A stretch of 64,000 nt of DNA from Octopus sinensis (GCF_006345805.1 NC_043007.1:22816001-22880000), one strand, 5' to 3'; counted from the stretch's first letter, positions 46,171 to 59,222 are shown. Made by a program: numbers and translations. The notes: a model not told the origin generated them from the sequence alone.

Positions 46171-46989
46171 ACTATGAAAGTTAAGCAGTTAATCTTAGAC
46201 TTCGGAGTTCGAAGACTGTACGTAAAAGCTTTCTTTTCTTGAGAGAGAAAAAAAAAGCAGTACGCTATCATTTAAGATTTCCGCAGAGTAGAAAATCTAG
46301 ACTTCATTGGTCTACAGATGAATATTTGATTTTGGAAATATCTCCATGTTTTGCTTGTATCCTAATGTTTCAATTAGTCTACAAATATACGCCTGCCATG
46401 TTTGAATTGTACAGGCGTCTTATGAAACTATTTTTAGGTTTTGTTTATGACGTGATAGGTCAATGTCGTTCGGTATCTTTTAAGATAAAATAGAAAATGT
46501 CGAAACGATATTTTTTACGGATGACTTTGTTACCAATATGGAAGAAAAATATCTTAAAATATGTCCTCAGTGGAAATCTTGAGTAGGAATCAATTCTGAA
46601 CAAACCAACTGCGGCAGCTGCTGACGAAAATCTGACTTCTCTTGTTTATGTGTTTGTTTCTCATTTCAATCGAAATTCTGAGCAATGACGAGTGTATTTA
46701 AATCGTCTCGCAGTTACATTGATAATCGGCAATATGCGATCGATGACAGTATCGGACTATTTTAGTCCGAGACAAGGAATTAATGATTGGTACACATTGT
46801 GTTTCCATCTTATCGACGGCCTTTGCTGACTGCTTCATATAACCCTTCTTTTCTGCAACGTCCGCCGTCCGGAATCCCCTCTCCGCGTAAGTTTACCCTT
46901 TCAGTTATTGACTTGCAATCCCTGTTAACGGTATCAACCTCATCGGTCTCTGAGGGTCTGCCTTGAGCACGCCTCTTCTTCCATAACGT

Positions 46990-48148
46990 TTATGCATATG
47001 TCTATGTATGCATACATGCATGTATGCATACATGCATGTATGCATACATGCATGTATGCATGTATGTATGCATGTATGTATGCATACATGCATGTATGCA
47101 TGTATGTATGCATGTATGTATGCATGTATATATGCATGCATGCATGTATGTATGTATGTATGTATGTCATTATTCAAAATTCCTTTAAAGATTTCTTGCC
47201 AATAGAGAAAGAACCGGTTTCTAACCTAGATCCAAGGCTCCCTTATTGGAATTTCAACATCGACAACACAGTATGTATGTATGTATGTATGTATGTATGT
47301 ATGTATGTATGTATGTATGTATGTATGTATGTATGTATGTATGTATGTATGTATGCATGCATGTATGTATGTATGTATGTATGTATGTATATGTATGTAT
47401 GTATGTATGTATGTAGCATGTATGTATGTGTATGTATGTATGTATGTATGTATGTATGTATGTATGTATGTATGCATGTATGTATGCATGTATGTATGTA
47501 TTGTATGTATGTATGTATGTATGCATGTATGTAGTATGTATGTATGTATGTATGTATGTATGTATTATGTATGTATGCATACATGCATGTATGCATGTAT
47601 GTATGTATGCATGTATGTATGTATGTATGCATGTATGTATGTATGTAGTATGTATGTATGCATGATGTATGTATGTATGTATGCATGTATGTATGTATGT
47701 ATGTATGATGTATGTATGTATGTATGTATGTATGATGTATGTATGCATGTATGTATGTATGTATGTATGTATGTATGTTCGTATGTATGTATGTATGTAT
47801 GTATGATGTATGTATGTATGTATGTATGTTGTATGTATGTATGTATGTTATGTATGTATGCATGTATGTATGATGTATGTATGTATGTATGTATGTATGT
47901 ATGATGTATGTATGCATGCATGTATGTATGTATGTATGCATGTATGTATGTATGTATGTATGTATGTATGTATGCATGTATGTTGTATGTATGTATGTAT
48001 GTATGTATGTATGTATGTAGTATGCATGTATGTATGTATGTGTATGTATGTATGTATTGTATGTATGTATGTGTATGTATGTATGTTGTATGTATGCATG
48101 TATGTATGTATGTATGTATGTACGTATGTATGTATGTATGTATGCATA
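46990..48148. repeat. (TATG)n microsatellite blocks
   Basis: 46990-47166 and 47271-48148. Confidence 0.97.
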
Positions 48149-48309
48149 CGTGCAGATTTGCATGTTTTGTTTTATGCATCTCTTCTCATGCATATACGTA
48201 CCTATCTAGACATGCTCATATATACTTATATGATAAACTTCTTGAAAGTTTTCCCCATTTTTACAGTTTCAGTGGATCTGTAGTCTTCGAATCAGCTTTC
48301 TCCTTTCTG

Positions 48310-49570
48310 GTTTTGAGAAGCCTAATTTCTCAAGATTGGTATTATTGGCAGTGTGTTACATATGCCCGTGCCCCCATAATTACTGGTATAAACCTGAACT
48401 TGTAATCTGGATAGAGTAACCGCAGATTTCTCAATAGTTCAGCATAGGTGTTCTCTTTTTCACTGATCTTCAGCTTTATATTAACATCAGCTAATTTCCA
48501 CAACTGTACACAGTTTCTCTTCTCTATCCCAAATCATTATATTTAGGTCTGTTGTGCTTACATGTTATTGAGGTCTTCACTGGTACATTCCACCAGTATT
48601 CCTTTTTATTATGAGTGGCTATGGCTTCTACCATATTTTGGGTTCTTATTTCTTTGTCCTCGAGGTTATCCTTCCGACGGATTTCAATTCAGAGCGTCCT
48701 AGCTACAACGTCATATCTCACCGATAGATAATACCGTGATGACATTTTCAGACAACTGCTTATGATGTAGGTGATATCTTCGGTGTTAACTTCACAAAAC
48801 CTGCATCAGTTGTCATATTTTACTGCTTTTCTTGCACTTCTGTCCCTTTTGTGCATCGGGTATTTGGTTGATATTTCCTGCCACTATATTGCAAACTCAT
48901 ACCCTTCAAAGTAGGAGGTAGTAATCTGGTTGTTGGTCCATGATAGACTGCTTTGATGATCAATGTTGCTATCATCTCGAAGCCTTCTACTAACATATCC
49001 ATGCATAGTCTTCTGCTCATATAGGCTCATCCTTTCATCTCATGATAAGTTGTAGCTGAGTTGTGCAACTTCTTTGGGCATGTATTTAAGGTTATCAGAC
49101 AAGAAATGCTGCTCAAGGAGCTGCCTTCCAAGTCTTATGATGTCATCAGCTGCATGTATGCAAACTTGGTCAAGTGATGCACTTCGACGCTTTGTGGTTA
49201 AAAGATGTGGCCGAAGGGATATGATGCCACATTCATTGATGGAGATGTTACTAGTCTGGTCTATAGTTCTCCCCCTTTTCACAACCATATATCAACATTT
49301 ATCCTGACCAAACTCCAAACCTACTTCCTTTGAGAATTTTGTAGGTCAAGGATCTTTTGCATCTCATGCATATTCTTTGCATAAAGTTTTAAGTCATCCA
49401 CACAGAAACAGTGTGTAATTTTGGTATTTCTGTTTCCTTGTGAACCAGTGAGACATACATCTGACTTCCTTAAAATGAATGACAAGGGGTTTGCAGAAAG
49501 TATAAACAACATCCCAGAGAGGCTGTCTCGTATGTTGAGTGATACTGGTAACATGTAACCCAGTACAACC
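48310..49570 (-). pseudogene. R4/Dong/NeSL-type (REL) non-LTR retrotransposon, decayed 3' part
   Basis: RT: RDSLSGMLFILSANPLSFIL..ITHCFCVDDLKLYAK; then VKRGR, AHIISSC..RYDVVA, EYWWNVPVKT..HNRP across frames. Confidence 0.8.
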
Positions 49571-50498
49571 TGTTGCATGGTCGGGCCGTCGGCGACTAAA
49601 GCGGCAACCCCACCAAGCTTGCTTGGTGAGGAGGGTGTTTTTTGGACACCCTGCGGGATGAAAAACAAAACCCGTCAAAGGGCGGAGGAACTCTTGAGAG
49701 TCAACGGCCATCCAATAAATGTGTAATTATATATTTACTGTATATCTGCCTTTTTCTCACTAATTTTTATATATTGTATATTTTTATAGCTTGCTCATTA
49801 TATAAATTTTTATATACTTCACATCATATATTTTATGTATATTTTGTATATCAATGTTTTTTCCCCCTTATATCAATCATGTACGTATGTGTAGTTTTGT
49901 GTTTGTTTGTTCTTCCTCCTCGCCGCTTGGTAACTAAGGTTGGTTTGTTTACGACAAAGGAAAACGTTACAATAAATACCAAACTTTTACAAAAAGCAAC
50001 GAAAAACCGATTTGTTTCGGCTAAAACTCTTCAAGATGGTGGCCCAGCATGGCTGCTGTAAAAGAGAAGATAAAAGAAACATTCGATAGTTCCCAAATTA
50101 AATAAAAGGTAAAGTCGACCCTGACAAGGGTTTTCCTCGATACAGAGAGCAGTAAAACTAATCCTCTGCACGTCCTGAGTATGACATGTAATACTGGTGT
50201 CCATACACATTTCCAGTTTTTCTCGACCACCAAAGTAGCTTGGCTTAAAACGGAACTTATGAAAAGAAAGGTTTCTGTTACTCAGAATGTGTGAAACACG
50301 GGCTAACGAAAAGTCTGAAAATAAACATGGACGTTTAGTACAAACTTATGAAAATACTTTGGGAAAGCAAATGATTGATCAAGTTTTTCAACTTCTCATA
50401 ACAGAGAATTGTTATGAATTGAACACTGTATTATAGTGCTTATTTTATGGGCGACCGCCTCACCATCGCTTCTTAGACGATTGAAAAGGTATGAGCTA

Positions 50499-50888
50499 TA
50501 CTCTTTACTCTTATACTTGTTTCAGTCATTAACTGCGGCCATGCTGGAGCACCGCCTTTAGTCGAGCAAAGCGACCCCGGGACTTATTCTTTGTAAGCCC
50601 AGTACTTATTCTATCGGTCTCTTTTGCCGAACCGCTAATTGACGGCGACGTAAACATACCAGCATCGGTTGTCAAGCAATGCTAAGGAGACAAACAGACA
50701 CACAAACATACACACACATATATACGATGGGCTTCTTTCAGTTTCCGTCTACCAAATCCACTCACAAGGCTTTGGTCGGCCCGAGGCTATAGTAGAAGAC
50801 ACTTGCCCAAGATGCCACGCAGTGGGACTGAACCGGGGACCATGTGGTTGGTAAGCAAGTTATTTACCACACAGCCACTCCTGCGCCT
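50499..50888 (-). mobile_element. SINE family A, full length
   Basis: Matches consensus. Confidence 0.93.
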
Positions 50889-51029
50889 ATATTCACCTCA
50901 GTGGAATTTAAGTCAGAACAAACTAAATATTTGTTTTAGCTATTGTTTAACCCCAAGTCTGAATAATCAGTTACATTTACAATAAATGAAATTCTAGCAA
51001 ATCTGTTTTTGCTTATCGGACATAGTATA

Positions 51030-51436
51030 TAGGCGTAGGAGTGGCTGTGTGGTAAGTAGTTTGCTTACCAATCACATGGTTCCGGGTTCAGTCCCACTGC
51101 GTGGAACCTTGGGCAAGTGTCTTCTACTATAGCCTTGGGCCGACCAAAGCCTTGTGAGTGGATTTGGTAGACGGAAACGGAAAGAAGCCCGTCGTATATA
51201 CGTATATATATGTGTGTGTATATGTTTGTGTGTCTGTGTTTGTCCCCACCCAACATCACTTGACAACCGATGCTGGTGTGTTTACGTCCCCGTAACTTGA
51301 CGGTTCGGCAAAAGAGACCCGACAGAATAAGTACTAGGCTTACAAAGAATAAGTCTTAGGGTCGATTTGCTCGACTAAAAGGTGGTGCTCCAGCATGGCC
51401 ACAGTCAAATGACTGAAACAAGTAAAAGAGTAAAGA
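51030..51436 (+). mobile_element. SINE family A, full length
   Basis: Matches consensus; inverted relative to the 50499 copy. Confidence 0.93.
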
Positions 51437-51625
51437 GAGAAAGAGAGAGAGAGAGAGTTTATCTAGGATTTCATAATCCATTGTATACTTTCATTGACGA
51501 TAGGGTGCGATTTGTGGGACATTTGTTTGTCATTTCAAGTATGTCTGAATAATCAATGATATCTACAACAAAAGACGTTCTAGTAATCCTTCTTTTTCCC
51601 CCGGCCTAGTATATCTAGGGCTATA

Positions 51626-51922
51626 TCTTTATATATAAAACTAAAGTTGTGTGTCTGTCTCCTACGATTTAGATTCCTAACTACTCCCACATTTTGCGGT
51701 GCAGTTTAACCAAAAGCGGGTATCTTATAGTCGTGATTCATATCGAGCCCTTCCGGGTATTAGCGCGCGTCTACGATGAGTCTACGATTAAAAAAAAAAT
51801 TTACCATCATTTTTTTTCCATTTTTAATGCATTTTTTTGCTATTTTTTGGCTATAACTCTCTAAAAATGCTTATATAGTTATTTCCCTTACAAACCCGAG
51901 CAACGCCGGGCGATACTGCTAG
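51626..51922 (+). mobile_element. Non-autonomous Helitron family N1
   Basis: A|TC..cccgagcaacgccgggcgatactgCTAG|T. Confidence 0.93.
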
Positions 51923-52067
51923 TTATCCAATATATCTTTCATTGAGAGCAAGATGCAATTTGAGTGAGATTTCTCTGCTATTTCTAGCAGGTCTGAATAA
52001 TTAATCACACAATAGATTATGTTCTAGTATTTTTTTGTCGAGCATATTATACCTTGGACTCATGGAC

Positions 52068-52388
52068 CTGGTTTCCCGGTTTCTATGGCGTATGTGCCCC
52101 TTCCCCCGCCACCCAGCTGGACGGGACGCCAGTCCATCGCAGTGTGCCCCTTTAAAGCCTAGCCAGGCTCATGGGTCCGGTTTCCCGGTTTCTATGGCGT
52201 ATGTGCTCCCCAGCTGGACAGGACACCAGTCCATCGCAGCGTTACTCATTTTTGCCAGCTGAGTGGACTGGAGCAACGTGAAATGAAGTGTTTTGCTCAA
52301 GAACACAACGCGTCGCCCGGTCCAGGAATCGAAACCACAATGTTACCATCATGATGCTGACACCCTAACCACTAAACCGCGCGCCTCC
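52068..52388 (-). mobile_element. SINE family C with internal tandem duplication
   Basis: Head at the right end; ggtttcccggtttctatggcgtatgtgc..cagtccatcgcag occurs twice. Confidence 0.85.
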
Positions 52389-52641
52389 ACATATCTAGGA
52401 CTATATTATCCAATATCTGTTTTCATTGTCAGCGATTTGAGGGAGATTTGCTTGCTAATTTTAGCAAGTCGAGTGACTTCGACTAGGTTCCCTCATTTCA
52501 TCAGCTAAACCTTTGTTTTCGAATGAGCACAAAAGGTTCCCTATACTGTAGGGAAATGAGGGAGGGGAATGAAAACGCTACTGAATTGCAATCTCCGTTC
52601 TTCGTAAGCTTACTACACTTGAGACAGTGATCCAGTCATTA

Positions 52642-53475
52642 GATATGGCTGACAGAATCGTTAGTACACCGGACGAATTGCTTAGCGGTATTTCGTCTGC
52701 GGTTACGTTCTGAGATCAAATTCCGCCGAGGTCGACTTTGCCATTCATCCTTTCAGGGTCGATTAAATAAGTACCAGTTACGCACTGGGCTCCACATAAT
52801 CGACTTAATCCGTTTGTCTGTCCTTGTTTGTCCTCTCTGTGTTTAGCCCCTTGTGGGTAGTAAAGAAATAGAAATAGGTATTTCGTCTGTCTTTACGTTC
52901 TGAGTTCAAATTCCGCCGAGGTCGACTTTGCCTTTCATCCTTTCGGGGTCGATTAAGTAAGTACCAGTTACGCACTGGGGTCGATGTAATCGACTTAATC
53001 CGTTTGTCTGTCCTCTCTGTGTTAAGCCCCTTGTGGGTAGTAAAGAAATAGAAATAGGTATTTCGTCTGTCTTTACGTTCTGACTTCAAAAACCGCCGAG
53101 GTCGACTTTGCCTTTCATCCTTTCGGGGTCGATTAAATAAGTACCAGTTACGCACTGGGGTCGATATAATCGACTTAATCCGTTTGTCTGTCCTTGTTTG
53201 TCTGGCTTTCATCCTTTCGGGATCGATAAAATTAGTACCAGTTAAGCACTAAGGTCGATATAATCGACTTAATACGTTTGGCTGTCCTCTCTGTGTTTAG
53301 CCCCTTGTGGGCAGTAAAGAAATAGGTATTTCGTCTGTCTTTACGTTCCGAGTTCACATTCCGTCGAGGTCGACTTTGCCTTTCATCCTTTCAGGGTCGA
53401 TAAATTAAGTACTATTTGCCTACTGGGGTCAATCTAATCAACTGGCCTTTCCCCCAAAATTTTGGGCCTTCTGCC
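52642..53475 (+). mobile_element. SINE family B multimer (~5 cores)
   Basis: One head, cores restarting at ggtatttcgtctg (52877 and 53057, 180-bp period), terminal tail ccccaaaatttt..agaaaagaat. Confidence 0.9.
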
Positions 53476-53770
53476 TACAGAAGAAAAGAATATAAAAACG
53501 CTTACATTTTAATAATTCAAGGTAGGTAACTCCTTTCATCAGAGTTATTTACCTTTGATCACAAGCTTGGCTCCATCTTCCCCGATTTCATAAACCAAAT
53601 TTAAGAAATACTTCAAACATTTAAAAAATCAAATTTCACGAACATTCTTCTTGGATAACAAATACAAATGTGTATGTTCCTTGGGTTTAAAATTCAGCCT
53701 CGCTATAAAACCTCTTACGTAGAGAAGAAGCATTGTAAAATATGAAAGCCAGAATCTGACATAGGTTTTA

Positions 53771-53999
53771 GTCACGTGATTACAGTAGTCACTTCCGGTC
53801 TCCGATTATGTTTGGTCACATGTCTTAGTCACATGATAGTAACATATCGTCGTAGGATTCTAAGGTTGGGAATATTCTTCTTCATAGCCTGATCCATAAA
53901 CTTCATCATTCAACCATGTTTTCCTGTCCGGTTTGCGGCCCTAAATTGTCAGTTTGTGGCATCGTTATCAGTGTTTGGGGTATCGTTATGTTGGTAAGT
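53771..53999 (+). promoter_or_regulatory. Candidate promoter and first exon
   Basis: GTCACGTGA (53771), CACTTCCGG (53790), GGTCACATG (53814), GTCACATGA (53828), then TTG|GTAAGT donor at 53994. Confidence 0.45.
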
Positions 54000-54449
54000 G
54001 ACTAATAATGTTTATAGTTTACGTATACTTACGTATTTTAGAATTTATTTTTCTCCTAAATAGTTCAAGTACTTTGTCAACCTTGGTTCCTGCTACTGTT
54101 ATTAGCATGTTAAGATATAACTATAATTATTTCTCCACTGATTTAACAATTCTTCTTTTAGTCTCTTCTTTATATATATATATATATAGGAATAGGTTTA
54201 TATTTTTCGTTCCTTCGAAGATTAGGGTGAATACGATAGAGTGGCTTTGCCTTGACAGTTGACATAAATTAACTGAAAAAATGGTTGGGGGTGAAATGTT
54301 CCTCCTACATGCGAACTTTGACCCCCCCACATAATACATTCTCTTTCACTGTATGTATGTATGTATGTACCTATCTATCTATCTATCTGTGTGTACTTAT
54401 TCGTTTAGATCACCAGTGAACTAAACCGTCTTATTCTATATATATATAT

Positions 54450-54691
54450 GGTACTACTAGCGAACAGTGGTCACGGTGCGCGCGCGCAGTCGCGCATCCG
54501 CGCTAGCTAGTCGTGACTACTCGATCCTACAACGTCTACAAAGCAAAGTAAATAAAACAGAAAATAAATAATTTTTTTAAACAAAGTAAATAACACCAAA
54601 ACACAAAGTAAGGATCGACTAGTCATGACTAGCTGGCGTGGATGCGCGACTGCGCGTGTGCGCACCGGGACCACTGTTCGCTAGTAGTACC
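54450..54691. mobile_element. 242-bp MITE with ~80-bp GC-rich TIRs inserted in (TA)n
   Basis: GGTACTACTAGCGAACAGTGGTC..TCGATCCT (54450-54528) inverted at 54611-54691. Confidence 0.92.
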
Positions 54692-54726
<35 letters not shown>

Positions 54727-54916
54727 AGCACCATAATTACTGTAGTATAGTAGGCTTGGTTTTTAACCTCCGGGTATTATAAATTTTATCTGTGAATAAA
54801 TATAGGGCAGCGATTCTAAGTGGTCAGTCGATCTGCTAGAAATACCAACTGCACTTTACACAGTCATACACTACCGTCTTAAACAGGAAGGACACATTAG
54901 GAAATGTTGCCCAAAT

Positions 54917-55395
54917 CATGCATGGGCAACGTGCGGGCCGCATGGGCAACGTGCGGGCCGCATGCGGCCCTCGACGAGTTACTCGGTTACTAATATGCAG
55001 CACAACCTAAGAGAAACGACATCTTAAATTCTACCTAATATTGAAAATATGGTAAAGAATGTGAATGTGCTAAAATCTCGTTGATACAGATGATGAAATT
55101 TGTTCTTTAATAAAATATTAATGAATTTTCTTTTTTTTTTTTTACCTCAATATTCTAAACTAATTTATTTACACTAGTAATCATCATTACTAATTATCAT
55201 TAGGAAACAATGAAAGATATACCAGCTTAATGTAAACTTTCATACTAAGACAAATAAAATTAAGAAGAACTGCAAAAACATTCAGTGTAAAGTGGGCAAG
55301 TTTATTTCATGCATATATGTTTTATCGTGTTACCCTCTCCCATTTAGAAATGGTACGATGTGGCCCCCCAGTTGACGAAAAGTTGCCCATCCCTG
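54917..55395. mobile_element. hAT (Charlie-like) MITE
   Basis: CATGCATGGGCAAC and CAGGGATGGGCAAC termini, gcggccc subterminal motifs, 20-bp tandem duplication 54921-60; TSD degenerate. Confidence 0.7.
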
Positions 55396-55847
55396 CCCTA
55401 AAAAATAACTATGTCTGAAATCAAGACTTGTTAGCTAAACAACAGCAACAAACAACTTCCTATACACAATTCACACGACCAATTTATAACATTCAAATAC
55501 CCCCATACCCACCACATGCTAATTGCATTGTAAATATTTCAGTGTCGTGTTTTTTAACCACCAATCGACCTAACTTCGCATCAAATAGACCTAACACCAT
55601 CCCCTAATTTCTATTTATTTACTTATATCACGACCTCTTCCCCCAGACATTATATCTCGTTCTACATTATATCGTAGTGTGTAATTTGAGGGAGTTTTGG
55701 ATGCTATTTCTCACAGAGTATGCGATTGTGTCTCTTTATTGTCGGGTTTCAATTCTTATAAATTACAATGATATGTATTGGTGTATTCTATTAAATCTAT
55801 ACTATTTAAATCAAAGCAGTTACGGTATTATTGACTAAATTGTATTA

Positions 55848-55990
55848 AGGTCGACTTTGCCTTTCATCCTTTCGGGTTCGATAAATTAAGTACCAGTTAC
55901 GCACTGGGGTCAATATAATCGACTGAATCTGTTTGTCTGTCCTTATTTGTCCTCTCTGTGTTTAGCCCCTTGTGGGTAGTAAAGAAATAT
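55848..55990 (+). mobile_element. SINE family B, 5'-truncated
   Basis: aggtcgactttgcctttcatcc..gtagtaaagaaata. Confidence 0.88.
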
Positions 55991-56461
55991 GTATTGTAAT
56001 AATAGGTAGCTGATTATATTATAGTACAAACTGATATACACTACAGTCACTGTCCTATATAGACCTCTCAGAATCAAGATTAAATGGTGAACCACGAGAC
56101 CTTTAAGGCATCACGGTGTCCTATTTCATCCTTCTGTTACAAGGCGAAACGTCAACGGAGTCGGTTTTAAAGTGCCTTCGTTCGTCCATTGTGGATAAAA
56201 TAACTACAATTGATACATTTACCACCACCACAAATGCATAGCTTTGTAATTATGTTAAAAGTCCTTTTCTTTTGTTTCTTGTTAGAAGACACTTGTGGGA
56301 TGGTTTTTTGTCGAATCCCGTTGCCTTGTCTTTGTCAGTCTCTATTCTGTTTATGTATCTATTTACTTACGAATCTGCATAATTGTCTTTCAGCCTGCTT
56401 GTCTCTTTATCTGCATATTTATTTGTATCTGTTTACCTACGTATCTAACTGCAAATCTATA

Positions 56462-56764
56462 TCTTTATATATAAAACTGTAGTTGTGTGAGTGTCTGTCT
56501 CCTACGATTTAGATTCCTAACTACTCCCACATTTTGCGGTGCAGTTTAACCAAAACCGGGTATCTTATAGTCGTGATTCATATCGAGCCGTTCTGGGTAT
56601 TAGCGCGCGTCTACGATGAGTCTACGATTTAAAAAAAAATTTACCATAATTTTTTTCCATTTTAATGCATATTTTTTCGCTATTATATAAGGGAAGTAAC
56701 TCTCTTAAAATGTCTACGATGAGTCAACGATTTAAAAAAAATTTACGCCGGGCGATACTGCTAG
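56462..56764 (+). mobile_element. Non-autonomous Helitron family N1, internally deleted
   Basis: A|TC start, CTAG|T end; left arm of the subterminal hairpin lost. Confidence 0.9.
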
Positions 56765-57147
56765 TATCTTATATATCTGTCTACCTATATCTATCTGTTC
56801 GATTTAATTTTATTCATGAAACTCGATCTCTGCATTTTTTTTCACCACCAACTTTCCTATGAATTTTAAAATCATTTACATAGTCTATACATACATATGT
56901 ATAGACTTGTGCACACACAGTTTATACATACTTAACAAATATAACAATACTCTGTATCAACTGTAGTTTTCAATTCTTTTATTAGTGGGAAGTTGGATAA
57001 AAGTGTGTGTATATACATGCATACTTTATTTATCCATTCATATCATGCCAAAGAAGGCAGATGTAGCTCTGAGGCTTGCCCAGCTCTTGTCAAACCGTTC
57101 ACCCCATCATGGAGAATGGACACTAAACGATAATGAGGATATATTCT

Positions 57148-57472
57148 TTTATTTGTTTCAGTCATTGGACCGTGGCCATGCTGGAGCATCGCCTTTAGTC
57201 GAGCAAATCGACCCCAGGACTTATTCCTTGTAAGCCTAGTACTTATTCTATCGGTCTCTTTTGCCGAATCGCTAAGTTACGGGGACGTAAACACACAAAC
57301 ACAAACACATATATATACGACGGGCTTCTTTCAGTTTCTGTCTACCAAATCCAATCACATGGGTTTGGTCGGCCCGAGGCTATAGTAGAAGACACTTGCT
57401 CAAGGTGACACACAGTGGGACTAAACCATGTGGTTGGTCAGCAAGCGACTTACCACACAGCCACTCCTGTGC
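57148..57472 (-). mobile_element. SINE family A
   Basis: Matches consensus with an internal deletion. Confidence 0.88.
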
Positions 57473-57494
57473 CCTATATATATATATATATATA

Positions 57495-57720
57495 TTTCTT
57501 TACTGCCCACAAGGGGCTAAACATAGAGGGGACAAACAAGGACAGACGAAGGGATTGAGTCGATTATATGGCCCTAGTGCGAAACTGGTACTTTATTTAT
57601 CGACCCCGAAAGGATGAAAGGCAAAGTTGACCTCGGCGGAATTTGAACTCAGAACGTAACGACAGACGAAATACCGCTAAGCATTTCGCCCGGCGCGCTA
57701 ACGTGTCTGCCAGCTCGCCG

Positions 57721-57725
<5 letters not shown>
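57495..57725 (-). mobile_element. SINE family B in (TA)n
   Basis: Matches consensus. Confidence 0.9.
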
Positions 57726-57799
<74 letters not shown>

Positions 57800-57999
57800 T
57801 ATATGTGTGTGTTTGCTTGGCTTACTAGAAATAGTGGCCAAATATCTCTAAAAATGATACTCTCCTGTCCTGGGAAAGGAAAGGCTATACATAATATAAT
57901 TCTATAAACTCCTACAACTGGTATGTCTTGCAGAGGAATCATTAAGTGACCCCTAACGTTCCATACTTGTTATACACTGACCTTGACCTTGTTCTTTAT

Positions 58000-58320
58000 A
58001 AGGAAAGAGAATGGATAGTGAGGAGAAGAGGAGAGAGCTGTACCCATGGCCTTTGTAGGTCCTGCAAGATTAAGCAGAATGATGTGAACATGGAGCGGAT
58101 TCTAGGATGCTGACGTTCTAAGAAGAAGGATGAAGAAAAGTGATTAAGATAGTGCCTGTAGGGGACACATACAACACAGGTGAGGAGAAGAGTATAGGTA
58201 TATGTGTTAGGTGGGTCGGGGTGCTTGAGTGGGAATTGCATAAGATCAGCAAGCTCTGAGAAGCTGAGGCCACTGTAGCTGCAATAGAGAAGACAGTGAA
58301 TATCAAGGCAGCATGTCTAA
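58000..58320 (-). pseudogene. Degenerate L2/CR1-group LINE 3' remnant
   Basis: LYCSYSGLSFSELADL..RHY..SSSFF..DLQ resembles YY.G.CS.EL..HY..SFF..DLQ tails. Confidence 0.45.
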
Positions 58321-58509
58321 GAAACCAAAGTTTTGAGTTACATGAGAGGTACTCTTTTTTTTTTTTCTTTTCTACTCTGAAAGGAGAAAAACCAAAGTTG
58401 ATCTTGGCAGCAGTATTTGAACTCTCCTATTTCTGCCTTTAGACTAATTTTTACTATTCCAAAACATCTGACTCTTTACATAGATACAAGGACTTGGTTT
58501 GCTTAAAAT

Positions 58510-58795
58510 GTTGGCCGTTGCCAGCCTCGCCTGGCCCCCGTGCCGGTGGTACATAAAAAGCACCATCCGTCCGTGGCCGTTTGCCAGCTCCGTCTGGCAC
58601 CTGTGCGGGTGGCATGTAAAAAGCACCCACTACACTCACGGAGTGGTTGGCGTTAGGAAGGGCATCCAGCCGTAGAAACACTGCCAGATCAGACTGGGCC
58701 TGATGCAGCCTTCTGGCTTCCCAGACCCCAGTTGAACCGTCCAACCCATGCTAGCATGGAAAGCGGACACTAAATGATGATGATGATGATGATGT
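58510..58795 (+). mobile_element. Family D retroposon (RTE-type 3' end)
   Basis: ggttggcgttaggaagggcatccagccg..ccatgctagcatggaaagcggac, (TGA)n tail; ~60-bp internal unit repeated. Confidence 0.85.
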
Positions 58796-58832
58796 AGGCC
58801 CTGCAAAATATTTTATATAATCATAATATTGA

Positions 58833-59222
58833 TAGGTGTAGAAGTGGCTGTGTGGTAAGTAGCTTGCTTACCAACCACATGGTTCTGGGTTCAGTCCCAC
58901 TGCGTGGCACCTTGGGCAAATGTCTTCTACTATAGCCTCAGGCCGACCAAAGCCTTGTGAGTGGATTTGGTAGACAAACTGAAAGAAGCCCATCGTATAT
59001 ATATGTGTGTGTGTGTATACATTTGTGTGTCTGTGTTTGTCCTCCCAACATCGCTTGACAGCCGACGCTGGTGTGTTATGTCCCCGTAACTTAGTGGCTC
59101 GGCAAAAGAGTCCAATAGAATAAGTACTAGGCTTACAAAGATTAAGTCCTGAGGTCAATTTGCTCGACTAAAGGCGGTGCTCCAGCATGGCCACAGTCAA
59201 ATGACTGAAACAAATAAAAGAG
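58833..59222 (+). mobile_element. SINE family A, full length
   Basis: Matches consensus. Confidence 0.92.

Noticed and set aside
52642-53475. Regularly spaced repeats resembling a CRISPR array
   Set aside because: Units are ~180-bp SINE cores without unique spacers; eukaryotic context and no cas genes.
53515-53545. Hammerhead on - (CTGATGA-AAGG..CCTT-GAAT)
   Set aside because: GAAT instead of GAAA, and no stems I or III. Similar near-misses at ~7936, ~16189, ~28190, ~29161 and ~50005 were also rejected.
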